A stretch of 64,000 nucleotides of DNA, taken from positions 1,167,478 through 1,231,477 of the forward strand of contig MU008154.1 of assembly GCA_010909165.1 (NCBI GenBank), written 5' to 3'. A program made the position numbers and the translations under genes. The first letter of the stretch is position 1; every line of letters starts with the position of its first letter. The notes beneath the pieces are model-generated. The model saw only the letters and a list, made by a program, of their open reading frames with translations. It did not search any database and was not told the DNA's origin. The DNA comes from Anthoceros angustus (taxonomy: Eukaryota; Plantae; Anthocerotophyta). This document shows, in pieces, positions 33,293 to 47,590 of the stretch.

Positions 33293-34117
33293 ATGGGCTT
33301 TGCACATGCCCATCACAAATTCACAACCATACATGCCATATCCTAGATTGCACTAAAAAACTAGTTTACCCGTACATGGGAACGCGTAACTATCTGCCCC
33401 ATTGCCAAAAGGCAATAAGATACAGATCACCCCATGTGTGGTGGGAATCGCAAGTGGAGCAGCTTCTGGGATGGTTGATCCGACCACCATTACCAAGCTT
33501 CAGTCCGACTCAGTCTGGCCCAGTCCATTCAAGAACAAGGCCCTGCAGACTGCAGTGTGCTGCGTCAGCTTTTTGTGGACCTCGAAAGTAGCCGCCCATA
33601 TTCCGCGTTGGAGACTGGCGGGATACCTACACCTGTGCGGTGTACTGTATAAAAGTTGTATCTAAATGCAAATGCAAGTGTATCGGGGTGGGTGGGACCC
33701 ACGATAGTCAAATCTCCTCCCTCTCGCAGTCGTGGAGTGACGAGTCGCGGGCAGCCCGGGTGCCGATCCTCGGGCGAGATTCCTCGTTGCCTGGTAAAAT
33801 CCAGGAGGCTTTACCTGGTCCCCGCGCTGCATTGCAGTTGGGCTGATTCACGCTCCAGGCGAAATTGCTGGGCTGCTGCCGAAGCCCCGCGGACTGGTGT
33901 CCGGTCTCTCTGCTCATCGAGAACGGGCGGAAGGTTGCCTATCGCTTTGCGCAGCTGGGGACTGGGCTTTGCGTTTGGGACTGTTCGGGATCGGGAGTTG
34001 TGGGCTGGAGTGAAGTGGATTGGCGACTGGGCTTTGCTGGATTTTGGGTTCTGGGGAGGATCTGGGTTTGATGAAGACGGGGCGGTCCAGGAGCAGGGAA
34101 TCGAGGTAGCGGGAGAG

Positions 34118-37100
34118 ATGGGTGGGTGCTCCCGGGGCGCAGGCAGCAGGATGGTCTGGGTCCTGGCGATTTTGGTGTTGGCGGCGCTGGTGTCTGGGCA
34201 GCAGCCGCCCCCCTTGACGTTTCCCCCGGGGTTCGACTCGGGGCCTCCTCCTCCGCTCGGGATTCCGCCGGGCCGGCCGCTGCCGCCCGGCGTTGGCCTG
34301 GCGCCGCCCGGGCTGCTGCTATCGCCCAGCGACGCCGATGTGCTGAACTCGCTCACTGCCAACCTCACCGGTCAGGTCAAGGAGAAGCTGGACTTCTGTA
34401 TCGTGGATGTGTAAGTGGGAGCGTGTATGGACTGGTGGGTTTTGTTGGGTTTGTGGGAATTCCTGGTGACGCGCTTTGTGGGGTCGATCTGGGGTTGCAG
34501 GGAGAAGGACCGGGATGATGCATTCAAGTACGAGGACGACTTGTTCATCGCGAAGTGTGCTAGTGGGCTAAGTAAGGCGTTAGGCTTGAAAAGGATTTTA
34601 TTGTGTTGTGTTGGGTTGGGTTGGATTGGAGTTCAGCTCGGTTGGCTGGGCTGATGTGAGTCTGTTTCTGCAGCTGATTTTCAGAGCCGATTGTGTTCTC
34701 CTGGGGAAGTGAGGTTGTACATCGACACCCTTGTTCAGCAGACAGACTTTCTGCCCACCCCGAACTGCAATGAGACCAACACCAGCGAGGGGTGCAGTCC
34801 TGGGTGGGCAGCCAGCACTGGAGCCACCCCTAGCTCGCCCTTTGCTCCTCCACCACCAGTTCCAGATCCTAACTTCGTTCCATCTCGTCAACTTTTTCCG
34901 GCACCCTGCTGTGACGGCTTCTTCTGCCCCGGTGGGCTCACCTGCATGATGCGTAAGTGGGCCTCGTCAGCAGTCTTGGTTTGGTGTGCTTGTAAGTTGG
35001 GGATGGAGTGGAGTGAAGAGCGTGACAAGCTGGTGTGGCCTTCTGTTTTCCCGCAGCTTGTCCTAAAGGAGCGTATTGTCCACAGGCATACGACAATCCC
35101 AAGAGTGGTCGATGTGAACCGTATGTACATGTCGCATCTTCTGTTGCAATGTCTTGTCTTGTCTTGTCTTGTCTTGTCCAGTTTGTAGCTTCTGTTCAGA
35201 TGGGACGCTGCAGTCGGCGTTGCATGTTTGGAAGAACGTGGAAGAACGTGGCTGATTGAGTCATGTTCATGACATACAGGTATGGCTACCAGCGCCCACC
35301 ACAGGGGTGTGGAGGGGCTGATAGGTGGTCAGCCGTGACTCAGTCGTTAGGAATCTTTTGCGAGGGTGGGTTCTACTGCCCTTCTCCCATCGAGAAGGAG
35401 AATTGCACCAAAGGGTAATCTTGGTGTGATTTTTCTATGTGTAGGCCTTCATGCCTTGTTTTCATCAGCAGTGTCGGACGTATATTAGCTTTCCGTGGTG
35501 TGCCCTTCTAGTAACTGGGTTTGTGGGACAGTGCAGGCATTTCTGTAGGTTGGGTGCTTTACAAGAATCCAGTAAGCAATCCGCAGCCCAGTCTGTTTGC
35601 GAGCAGAAGCTTTCGATTGTCAGCAAGTTGGTTGTGTTGGAGGTCTAGGAGCTGCAAGCATGCTTAGCATCCATTCTGTGCTGACTTTCGTGGTGGTCTT
35701 GTCTATGTGGAAGTGCAGTTTGTTCGAAGCTGACAATATGTGGTAAAGGCACGGAAAAGCAGAATCTGGCAAGCTTTGGCATCATCTTAATTGTATGGTC
35801 TGGCAGCTCCTGGATATCTGAGCTTTAGGCCACTTGGATTCCGTTTCTCAAGCTTCCTAAACTTTGTGTGTACAGCATATGAAACTGACAGCGAACTTCC
35901 ATGGTCACAGATTCTGTTGGCTATTATATTGGTTGTCGTGCATGCCGTCTCCGACAACCTCATGCAGCTCAGGGAGCGTAGGAAAGCCAAAGCACGAGAA
36001 GCTGCAGCCAAGGAAGCTAGAGATTATGTTTCAGCAGGAGAAAGGTGGCGGTCAGGGGTGCTGAAAAATGCATCTGCCATCTCTGATCGACTTGGAAAGA
36101 CTCTGACTAGGCTGACGACGTCCAGAGCTCCTCCAGGTCCGGATGGACGGTCACTCACGTCTCCGGCGATGTTCAAGTCCCATGAGCTGACTGTAATGAC
36201 CCACACCACCATTGATGAAGAGGGCTCATTCCACGAAAGACGGCCTTCGAAGACGGATTTGTATCCGGATACTGAAGATCTGTATCCGAGCAATGACGTC
36301 CCAGAGGTGGCTCTTCCTCAAGGCATTTCAGAGGAACAGCCCATGGCCGTGGCCCCAGGATCTCTCGCACATACCCAAAGCCAGATGTTTAAGTATGCGT
36401 ATGGACAAATTGAAAAGGAGAAATTCACCATGAATCAGGGATACTCTGAGCTTCTGAAGGGTAGGGCCCGACCACCCATTGAGTTGAGTTTCAAGAACCT
36501 GTCTCTGTTTCTGAAGGGTAGTGGAAAGAAGATATTGTCTAATGTCACTGGAAAGCTGTCGCCGGGAAGGATTACAGCCGTGATGGGGCCTTCTGGGGCT
36601 GGAAAGACGACTTTCCTCAATGCTTTGGCCGGAAAAGCGACTCACAGCACCACAACAGGCCTTGTGCTCATCAATGGCAAGCCTGGCTCCATCCATCACT
36701 TCAAGAAGATTATTGGGTTTGTGCCCCAGGATGATATCGTTCACGGGACCCTAACTGTGGAGGAGAATCTGTGGTTCAGCGCTAATTACAGGCACGTCTG
36801 TTTGCTACATTTCTGATGCATTACATCCTGTTTGCAGCCTGACAGAGTAGAAGGAGCTCATGTCTGGTTTGCCTTTGTCTTTCAGGCTTCCAGTTAACAT
36901 GCCACAGGCAGAGAAAATTTTTGTAGTTGAGCGTGTCATAAGCGGTCTGGGTTTGTCGCTTATAAGGGATTCCCTAGTAGGAACTGTGGAGAGGCGTGGA
37001 ATCTCTGGAGGACAGCGGAAGCGAGTGAATGTTGGGCTGGAAATGGTGATGGAACCATCGTTGCTCATTCTTGATGAGCCAACGTCTGGTTTGGACAGTA

Positions 37101-39033
37101 CATCATCACGCCTGGTGCTGCAGGCACTTAGAAGGGAGGCAGCGTCTGGTGTGAATGTTGGAGTAGTCTTGCATCAGCCCAGGTGATCTAGCTTTACATC
37201 ATGTTCTTGATGAAGGCCTTTACTTACAGTTTGTCTCATCTGACTACCTTCTCCTGGGTTGATGGCCGTGGCAGCTATGGCTTGTTCAAGATGTTTGATG
37301 ATGTCATGTTCCTAGCAAAAGGAGGGCGGACTGCATACCTTGGCCCAGTCGACGAAGTGGAGGAGTATTTTGCGAGCTTAGGAGCTAAAGTGCCTGAAAG
37401 GATCAATCCCCCCGACCATGTCATGGACACTCTTGAAGGATTAATCAAACCAGGTTTGTATAAATCTCCGCACACTGAAAGTACACAGTCTCCTGTTCGC
37501 GTTTTGCCCGTTGTGAATCTGCAGCAGCTCAGAAGCTTGAAGTGCGTCCACCCACCCATAATGTTGCGTGCAGATGATCCTGATTTTGACAAAGAGATGC
37601 TTCCAATTTTGTGGATGCAACATAAGGGGTACGAAATCCCTCCGGATGACCTGTTTGCGATGCAAGATGGGAAAAGGTCGGAGTCGAGCCAAAAAAGAAG
37701 GACAATTCAGCTGGGCAACATGGTTGTAAAGACCAACACTTTTATGCAGGAAGCTCTGGAGGAGTTTAGAATATATGTGGCTGTCCGTGTTGATGGTTTG
37801 AAGACAGCGTTTGCCAAGTTGCCAGACCTTTCCAACAGAGAAGTTCCTGGATTTTTCAGGCAATTCGTTGTCATCCTGAGAAGGTGCAGCCCCTATTCAC
37901 ACTCTCGGAGTGTACCTTGCTGCTTGTTCCAGTCGTGTAACTGACAACGACCACGCCATGATGCTGCAGGGTTGCAAAACAGAGGTTCCGGGAATCCAGA
38001 CTGCAGATACAGGACTACATTATCCTGTTGCTTGCTGGCGGATGTCTGGGGTTTTTGTCCCCCATCACTGACCAGAACATGGGAACAGGGGGCTACACCT
38101 ATACCATCATCGCTCTGTGTAAGTGAAGCCCATCTGTAACGGTTGTTTCAAATAGGTCCATGTTTGCATGTCAACTTGACTTCTGCTGTTCAACGCATTC
38201 TACCTGACTCTGTGTCTCTCCCGTGCAGCGCTCCTGTGCATGATTGCAGCCTTGAGGACATTTTCCAATGATAAGCTAACGTATTACAGAGAAAGTGCGT
38301 CCGGTATCAACAGACTAGCATATTTCCTGGCCAAAGACACAGTGGACCATTTCAATACAGTCGTCAAGCCTCTCGTTTATCTATCCATGTTCTACTTCTT
38401 CAATTCTCCTCGCTCCTCGTTCGTAGCAAATTACATAGTCACACTGTCTTTAGTTTACTGTGTAACTGGATTCGGGTACATCTTTGCAATCCTGATGCAA
38501 CCAGGTCCTGCTCAGTTGGTGAGTTCCTCTTCCAGCTGCCTGCCCCACAGATCACTGTCTTGGAGTAAATCTGATGTCGCTCGCTCACTTGTTCCCTGTG
38601 GTCGCAGTGGTCTGTGTTTGTTCCTATCATTGGAACATTGATCGCATCCAAGAACGCTGGGTTTGTGTGGGTTATTGCCCACATCAGCTTCGCTAAATGG
38701 GCACTGGAGGCTTATGTGATTGCCCTCGCTTCCAGGTATGACTTGTTGCCTGACATCTCTTGCTGCCGAAGGATGTGCTTTGTTTGTTTCTTCGTCCTGT
38801 GAGGAAAGAGAAAAAAGGATCGCAACCGCCCCTTGGATTGTAAGAGCTATTTTCGACTGCTGTGCAGATACCCCGGTGTGTGGCTGATAACAAGGTGTGC
38901 GCTCCTGAAAAAGCAGCGGTACCGGCTAGATGAATTTAATATGTGTATAGGTATCCTCATCGGTTATGGCGCTCTCGCAAGGGTGGTGGCCTTCCTGTGC
39001 CTGGTCTTTGCTAACCGCAATCGGCAGAAGTGA
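34118..39033 (+). CDS. ABCG half-transporter with signal peptide and Cys-rich extracellular N-terminus (ABCG24/ABCG28/WBC30-like); multi-exon
   Basis: Hydrophobic signal segment; [15 protein letters not shown] and CPKGAYCP; Walker [10 protein letters not shown]; GFVPQDD; signature ISGGQRKR; LDEPTSGLD; LHQPR; ABC2 membrane domain; TGA at 39031-39033. A GC-AG intron lies at 36792-36885. Confidence 0.94.
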
Positions 39034-39503
39034 AAGCCACTCCACTTGCGCCTTCTCCTCCTGTGTGATCCCCCATTTTTCTGCATCTTGCAGGCCATAG
39101 TAAAGAACACCTTTTGTGAGCTCGGATGTCCTTTTCTAGGAGACCTCTCCTACCGTGGATAGGAGACATGGGGGAAATTGTCTCCTGTTTCTACGTGCAG
39201 TATTGCAAACAGGCGACCTTCCTGTTTGCTATCTGCACATTCCGAGAGCTGTTGAAACAGGATGCCTGTCGAGAAAGGCCCTGTTACAGGGAGCTATTAA
39301 GTTTTCGGATTTGACGAGTCAGTTAAGCGATGCAACTAGTATCCTTAAATTTCAAATCGGTGGAAGTAACAACAGGTGCAAAATCGAACCTTTCGATCAG
39401 AAACGGATCGAGTGATCTCAATAGAAAGAGCATGTCACTGCAAAATTTGCATAGCGTTACAAATTGCGGGAAAACCCAGAGCTCGGTAATTAACCAGCCT
39501 TGA

Positions 39504-40260
39504 TCAGAATATGTGCACAATATCGTAAGCAAAGCTGGAAATTTGTCAAAGAAGCCCGCAAGTAACATGGCATAAACCGCAAGGACACGTATCGTACCAG
39601 CGAAAACGGAATCAGAAAGGGCACAAATGAATCTAAGTTTTGAAGGATACGTCCAGAAAAGAACAAAAGACTTCAGGGCGATGGCGCCAGCACAGAACAA
39701 GATCCCAAGTCAGTTCATAACGGAAATGATCAGAGAACAACACCAGGACCAGCAGAATACACTGATACCCACCATGAAACCTTGAGTTACACCATCGAAA
39801 AACACCCGTTGCTTTGAGTCGAAGTAAGTGGAGACCCTGAAGCCAGCCTTCAGGGCTAGGGCAACAGATCCGAGAAGCATGATCACGAAGTAGCACAAAA
39901 AGCCAGACAATGCAGTCAAGCCTAAAACTCCAGCCACCACCCCGGCAATGATGGCCAGGAACGTCCGGCTGCAGCAAGTACCAAGCTTGCAAAATATTAG
40001 CGTGGAGACCTAGCCCGCAAGAATCCCGTAGAACATGAACACGGCCAGCCATACTGGACCCTCAGCCACAATTGAAGAACTGTGCAAACAATTCCAAGCT
40101 AGGTCTACATCACAAGACACCCCAAGATGTTCCTCTACACCATAGCAGACCTGTAATACACAATTCTCATGTTGTGCTGCATGTTCTCTGCACTGTAAGC
40201 CGGAACTTCATCCAAACCACCATCACTCTTCGTGGCCTCCACCCTCGCCCGCCCTGCCAT
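39504..40260 (-). CDS. EMC6: ER membrane protein complex subunit 6; 4 coding exons
   Basis: ENMQHNMRIVYY|SRTFLAIIAGVVAGVLGLT..GF..Y..|SFVLFWT|FAYDIVHIF*. Confidence 0.92.
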
Positions 40261-41525
40261 CGCGGAAGCAAATACCTGCTGCTTAATATCGGAAGAGGAC
40301 AATCACTGAAACAACCACGGCTCGGGCCTGGCAGTGTCTGTGACCAAATTGCCCACGGATTCGATCCACACAACTCGAGCTGCCTACTACTTCATGTGTA
40401 GCATACGTCTAGGGTTTTCTACACGCTTCTACTTCGCTTATTCCTCCAAAAATCGCCGGCACAATCCTAACGGGTCGTGACCAGGTCGCACAGATCGCAC
40501 CCGAGTCCCGCCACGCCAAGGGTGACCGTCCTTCTTCGGTAGATCCCTGTCGGAGACAGAAATTTCTCGTACCGCGCTCACCAGCTTCGGACAACGTCTC
40601 GGTGACCGTGCCCCTAAAAGGCAAAAGTTGCTTTTATGGTGAAGGTGCCAACCAGTTGGAAAACCTAGAACGCGTTTGCGAGGCATCGAAGCGGATGCTT
40701 GGCTTGGCCACAGCAAGAATGGAGCTGTTCTTACCTTCTATTCAGCCAGAGCTTACCGATGGATACTTCTTCTCCAAGAGCGATCTGGATTCCAGACCTT
40801 GTCCAGCCGGAATTGTATGCAACAAGGCACGAACTGTTGCATTCGACAAATCAGATGGCATTTCCAAATCGGAGATGGAGGAAACAAGTGCTTCTCGCAT
40901 CTTAGATGAATTCAAGAGCCGTTTCCACGACCTCGTTCGGGAATGACACATCCGGCAGAGATTTGGCAGAAAAAGTGCGATTCCTTCAAGACTGCACAAG
41001 GTCGTGCTCAAGGTCGTGTTCCTCGTGTGATTTTCACAGCAACGCACGATTCCCTACAACCGAGCTCCGGAGAACCGATGATCGCACACGTCCACCGTCG
41101 CTATTGACAATTTGGAAGCAACGTACATACACGCCCGGCCAAATAGTGAACTGTGACACCTAACGAGAGACAGTACCCTACCCTAGGGTCGTGAAGGAAA
41201 GGCACGTCCAGCCGTAGATGCGCGAGATCCACGGCTGCGCCGGGCGCAAACGTGCTCCCACGTGTGTTACGCGAGTCGCGGGCCCGGCCTTTCAACCCCG
41301 CTTGTCGGCAGGAGTCATAAAGGAGATATAATGGCCACCGCTGCCGCTAAAACAAAAGGACTGCGCAGGCGCAGGCAAACAAAATCAGAACCGGCTTCGG
41401 ACGCGAGTCCCGACAAACTGACTGAATTCTAGCATTACTGCATTACTCGCATTTCACGAATCACGTCTCAAAGGAAAAATTACCAGCCTCCCAATCCCCC
41501 ATGATCAACGCGGTTCCATATTGTT

Positions 41526-41730
41526 AAGAAGAAGAATTTTATTTAAGTCCACTAAGGACGGATTTCCGTCATGGGACTTGGTACTTTACAACTTGTACCA
41601 TGGTGTGCCTAAGCTACTTGCACCAAGGGCATCCAATCCCTTTAGGAACCTCATCTAAGTACCCATCCAAGCTCAGGATGCTTAATCACGGCGTTCTTAT
41701 AAATGTGTGTCCATTTGGCCTAGGCCGTTA
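41526..41730 (+). repeat. Dispersed repeat family, copy 2 (single unit)
   Basis: AAGAAGAAGAATTTTATTTAAGTCCACTAAGGACGGATTTCCGTCATGGGACTTGG...TTCTTATAAATGTGTGTCCATTT matches the copy at 32777. Confidence 0.85.
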
Positions 41731-42576
41731 AGACGATTTCTATGTCGCTTATAGGTCGCTGATTGCGACCGGGAACTGGACGTGGCTATATACATTACGT
41801 CGTGTATACGTATTAGAGGGTATGAATGGCGGACGAGGACCTCTTTTGAACTACGTCGGCAGCAGCGTTTGGTAAGTGAGTAAGAACGGCGAGTTTTTTT
41901 TTTCTTTCTTCTCTCTACCTACGTTCGCTGCTAGCTAACGTTTGATTTGCTTTCAGTGGTAGTGTCTCGTCCCACGCTCTCGGCGCAGGCCATAAAATTG
42001 TTTGTGCCTAGCCAGACCAAAGGCAAACTTCAGTTTGGAGAGTCCTGGTTGCGAGACAGTGATGAGGCAGGATCGGAAGCCAGGCTCTGATTTTAGGTGA
42101 AGTTTTACGGACGGGGAGCCGCGCTGCTCAGAATGCTGTGCTAGCTTGTGCGAAAATAAGTCGGGCATTGCGCTATTGGATTGAGAGGCCTGCGGTGGCG
42201 AATCTGCGGGAGGCGAGGTCGGAAACTGGATCATGCCCGGCAGGTTTGTTTTCTGCCAGATCGGGTACAGGAAGCAGAGGGGAGGCTGGGAGTGGGAGGG
42301 GGAGTCGGAGTCAGTAGGTCAGTTTTGGACATGATAGGCACGAGCTAGGAGGAGGGGCTGGGACTTATTGCCTGCTGCGGATCCATACACAGCTGCAGAT
42401 TGCGATGCTCCTCGTGCAGGAGACGTCTTGTAAGCTTAGCATGGTGTCGGTTGTCCTCCGCGGGAGTGTGGAAAGGGATGGAAAAGATTGTGCTAGAAGT
42501 AGGTTAGCTTGAGGTAGGTCGTTTTTCGTACAGGGGATCAGAGCGAGGGGTGGCGGGATTTGAGCTGGTGGCCACC

Positions 42577-43949
42577 ATGGCAGCAGGCACCAAAGGGGTG
42601 TTTACGATCGCGGCTATTGGATCTTGGTACTTCTCCAATATTGGAGTGTTGCTGTTGAACAAGTATCTGCTGGGAAATTATGGCTTCAGATTTCCGATAT
42701 TCCTCACCATGTGTCACATGTCCGCCTGCGCGCTCTTCAGCTACGTTGCAATTGCCTGGATGAAGCTCGTGCCAATGCAGACAATCAGATCGAAGACACA
42801 GTTCATGAAAATATCAGCTTTGAGTGTTGTGTTTTGTGCATCCGTGGTCAGCGGCAACATTTCGCTCCGATTCCTGCCAGTTTCCTTCAATCAGGCGATA
42901 GGAGCCACTACTCCCTTTTTCACGGCGGTATTCGCCTATGTCATGACATTTCGGCGAGAAACATGGCAGGTCTATGTGTCACTGGTGCCGGTGGTGGCCG
43001 GGGTTGTCATAGCCAGTGGGGTAAGTCTGCCTGCTCTCTTGTTTACCAGGCTCTGTCCGGCTGTCAGCGCTACAACTCGTGACTTTACTGCCTCTTCTGA
43101 TCTTTGTATCTGCTTCCGTGTTTCTAACCTCAGTAGTTCCATATCCTTGCGTGACTGGATCTACTCTGCCTATCTGATCTGGTTCTACAACTAATTTCTG
43201 AAAGCTTGTGTGCGAATGTTCCTCTTACTTCTTATGACGGGGCTTTGTCTTGCAGGGGGAGCCAAGCTTTCATCTGTACGGATTTATCATGTGTATCGCA
43301 GCCACGGCTGCAAGGGCTCTCAAGTCTGTGCTGCAGGGGATATTGCTTTCTTCAGAGGGGTGAGTAGCCTTCTTTGTTTCCATTTACTGTTCAGCCAACT
43401 AAAGCGGACAGAACAACATCTGTTTTGCTAAATCCCATCCCATCTCTTTGCATTACAGAGAAAAGCTGAACTCAATGAATCTCCTCCTGTACATGGCACC
43501 TATCGCCGTGGTTGTGCTTTTGCCAGCCACTCTTGTACTAGAACCGAATGTTCTTGGCATCACTATTGCTCTTGCAAGGCAAGACATCGGGATCATTTTA
43601 TTGCTCCTTATAAATTCGGCCTTGGCTTATTTTGTCAACTTGACAAACTTCTTGGTCACGAAACACACCAGCGCTTTGACACTGCAGGTAAGGTGGTTGA
43701 ATGCAGAGTCTTTTCACGACCTGTCTTCGTTTCTTGGTGTTTGCTTTCAGTTCTTTTAAATGACTCAGGAACTGGCGAAACTGACTTGTGGACTCCTACC
43801 AGGTTCTCGGCAATGCCAAGGGAGCTGTGGCTGTCGTTGTCTCAATTTTGCTCTTTCGAAACCCAGTCTCTGTGGTAGGGATGTTAGGCTACGGATTGAC
43901 TGTATTTGGAGTGATTCTATATAGCGAAGCGAAGAGAAGATACAAGTGA
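42577..43949 (+). CDS. TPT/NST-family transporter, UUAT1/At3g11320-like nucleotide-sugar transporter; 4 coding exons
   Basis: [81 protein letters not shown]|[10 protein letters not shown]; TGA at 43947-43949. Confidence 0.93.
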
Positions 43950-45019
43950 GTGTTTTGACACATTTCTCCCTCCAAAACACCTGGAGGTCAGGTGAACTTT
44001 CACAGTAGACGACGGCTCTCCACATTCTTCTGGTGGTACCATTAGCTGTCAAGACGTCTCATATCTCAGGATGCGGAGTGAGAACACTGTGAAGTGCTTC
44101 CTGTGGACACAAACTCCAAGTATTCATGGGAAGAAAACACTAGGTGTTTCTAAACTGTAGCTTTGGGCATGAGAAGTCTGTGCAGATCATGTTTCCGATG
44201 AGAACTCGTCTAACAGCCATCATTCTTTTATCTAGATTACCTCAGGCTGTAAGGTTTTGGAATGAATTCCGCGCGACTGTATTGGTCGCTGAATCTGAAC
44301 CCCGATCGGGAAGACAGACTTAGCTTGTGGCTTTCCAGCCGATTCAAGGGCAAATTTATCGAAACCTTCTGTCCAGATGCGTCAATACTGTGCACACAAT
44401 TCCGATGTTACATCCCTCCATGTCTTAATGGATACTGTCCACACTATTCCCAAAGTTTCATACCTCCACGGCATATTCAAAACTTTACCCGTTATCTGTG
44501 CATCTCACTCCCCATTTCCTCCGCGGTCTCCCGAAGCATTCCATTTGGATATGGGCTCCGCAGTGCTTTAGGTAGGAGCTCTGACATTCTTTAGTACCGC
44601 TTTGATTCCAACGGCTTCGATACCGCAATACCGAGTTCTGGCTGAATAAAAGCTTATGCATACAGATGTTCATCTTTGCTTTCAATACAAAAATCACACA
44701 CTAGGTCTCGTTTGAACTTCCTTGTCCCATCGTCTCCTAGCGCTCGTGAAGATAATTTACCGGCCGTCACGGCATTTTCCAAATTGTGACTCGTTCAAAG
44801 GCGAGAACTGAAATGCCTCGTAGCGACGGGACAAAATTCACCTCCCCGACTGACCTTAGCAGACCAAAAAACATGGTTGTCTACCTTCTCCCCGGAAAAC
44901 AAACGAGGTGTTCTCACAGCACAATGTACATGCAGTAGACAGCTCTCAGGCAGCCCTCAAGGACCCTCCAGGGAGTCGGAATTGTTTGGCGCAACACATA
45001 CAAATCCATACGCAGTTCC

Positions 45020-46564
45020 CTAAGTCGCCTTCTCGAGCTCTGGGAGATCTGCACCACAGAAACCACACAAGATCACCACGGACGCCACACACACAACCAC
45101 TGGACTAATGCTGAACATTGCCACTAGTTTACTGGGCAGTTATTAAAAACTGCAGTACCAAAGACTAATGCTGAACTTAAATATCTGCACTCAAAATACC
45201 AGTTGGACACAGCAAAGCACCACATGATCACAACAGCAGCTGATGCTAGTGCAAAACAGTACAAGCAGAAGTCTTTGAAGAAAGACAGCACATGGCCAAG
45301 ATGCAAGGATGACCCGAATCCATAAATAGACAGATTCAGCTGTCTAGTAGTTCAAAGCACACGTGCAGTGCATCGCTTATCTGGTGCTGCGCACCAGCAG
45401 GGCACTTCAAAGTATTAGTCTTGCCATAGATGGTGCTGGAGACGGGGACACAGACTCTCCACAGACGGAAGCGCCATGCTGATCACAGACTTAAGACAGC
45501 TTTTATCATTTACTTACAGAGCATACCTTCATCCTCTTCATCATCGCTGTCAGGTCCTCCCACATTCAGGTCCTGTACCAGAAACCAAGATATGGCATGT
45601 CAGAGAATGCTACACATTCTTAACCAAGCCATGTAGGCAAAGCATCGAGACAACCATCAAGAACACAGCAGCCGAACTACAAGCTCAGCATGAAGCCAAA
45701 ATAGAAGCTACAAATAAAACCGAGACACAAGCTAAACATACCGAGAAGTCGTCCATGCCTCCTAAATCAAAGTTGTCAACTGCACACAGACCGGAACACC
45801 GAAAAGAGAAATCAGCACCAAGAACAAAATAAGTAACATGGACCAGTGAAACTGCTGCGAGCTCGAACAATGTGCACCGAGTTTCGTTAAGTAAGCATAC
45901 GCTTAGGAGCATCTTTCTCGTCATCTTCGTCCACCCACTTGTTCCAGTCCACCTTCACATACGGTGGTGTCTTGCCCTCAGCCTTCAACAGCCTCTTCCA
46001 CCATACCTTGTCTTCCTTCTCTATCACTATAAAAGTGTGCCGCAAACTCACATTTATTTTGCTCGTCTGAACAAAAAAAAGATGCCCATTACAACTTTGC
46101 ACAAAATGCCAAACCAAGGCCACAAGAACCCCTAGCCAAACCCTCACATGCCAAGCAACGAGTTTTGAAGCCACCTCAACGTTCACTTTGTCGAACAGCT
46201 CCAGGTCGAGCTCGAAAGCCTGATTCTCGGGACCCGCTGTAGCAGAAAACGTCAACCTGCCCTCCGGTTCGAGCTTGATTTTCGGGTTCTTGGCATCCGG
46301 CAATTCAACAGTCACGAACACCTTGTCCGTTCTCTGGGCCCAAACCACCTCAGGATGCCGACTGCCACAACATGCAAGCCACGCCGCAGTCAGTACAACA
46401 GACCCAGCGCTCCCACTTACCCTAACACCGTCCCCAACCAGGAGCCGCACGATAAGGAGCCGCCCAAACTGGCAAACCAATCACGTCCATGCCGCGACAC
46501 GCCCACAGGCCAGGCCGGTGAAAACACACATGCGCTGCAGCAAGGGCAGCAAGCCATACCTCAT
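45020..46564 (-). CDS. P23: Hsp90 co-chaperone p23 (CS domain); multi-exon
   Basis: MS|RHPEVVWAQRTDKVFVT, WWKRLLK..K.PPYVKVDWNKWVDEDDE, GGMDDF, DSDDEEDE, and final exon DLPELEKAT*. Confidence 0.92.
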
Positions 46565-47079
46565 AGCTTCTTCCGGGCGTGTCAGCGAGGTTCCGGCGAG
46601 GCAACTACAGGCAGCACAACGGGCCGAGACGAGCAGTGCCAGAGACGCGAATGTTGCGTCCCAAGCGACGTCAGAGGGAAAGATGGCAGTGCGGGAAAAT
46701 CTGGAACTTTCCAGAGATCAAACTACAGTATCTCCACAGGCGCAATTTGTCGCAGGGAATACCGAAACGTTTCCGCGCGCTGTAATAACGCCCTCTAGGG
46801 CTGTCAATAGCCTCCGTCCTTTTCTCAACGCGAATGATTTTATTTTGGTCTCCCGTCTACACCCGAAGGAGTCCACTGCGAAACCATAAGCAATTAAGAT
46901 AGATTATTTAGTATTAAATTAATTTTTATAATATTTTATAGTACTTTAATGATAGTACTGTAATTACTTCAAGGTATACTTATGTACCAGTAATCAAGTG
47001 CCCTCGAGTGGTATGACACTTTGACCTATGACACTTACCATCATGTGACTTTGTAGAATAAGAAGTATGTCACACTACA

Positions 47080-47590
47080 AGAAGAAGAAGAAGAAGAAGA
47101 AGAAGAAGAAGAATTGTATTATAATCCACTTGGACGGAATTTCCATCGTGGGACTTGGTACTTGCCAACTTGGACCAACGTGTGCCTAATCTACTTTGGG
47201 TACCACCAGGGGCATTCAGACATGCCATCTAAGTACCGATTTAAGTATAGGATGCTTAACAACGGCGATCTTATAAATGTGTGTCCATTTCACCTAAGCC
47301 ATTTGGACAATTGCCTATGTTCTTATAAGTGTGTGCCCATTTCGTCTAAGCCATTTGGACAATAGCCTATGTTCTTATGAATGTGTGTCCATTTTGCCTA
47401 AGCCATTTGGGCAATAGCCTATGTTCTTATGAATGTGTGTCCATTTTGCCTAAGCCATTTGGACAATAGCCTATGACACTGTAACCTCGAGGCCTAATCT
47501 TTACCCATAGGCTACTACGACAATGTGAACCTCGAGGTCTAATCTTGACCCATGGGCTACTATAACAGTGTAAACCTCGAGGCCTAATCG
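47080..47590 (+). repeat. Dispersed repeat family, copy 3: (AAG)n run, core unit, then 52-bp and ~45-bp tandem arrays
   Basis: About 11 AAG units at 47080-47113; core homologous to 41526-41730; CCATTTGG recurs every 52 bp from 47299; AACCTCGAGG recurs about every 45 bp from 47483. Confidence 0.8.

Noticed and set aside
40602-41163. ORFs upstream of EMC6 (FHDLVRE resembling an NB-ARC MHD motif)
   Set aside because: No other supporting motifs or gene structure; could not be assigned.
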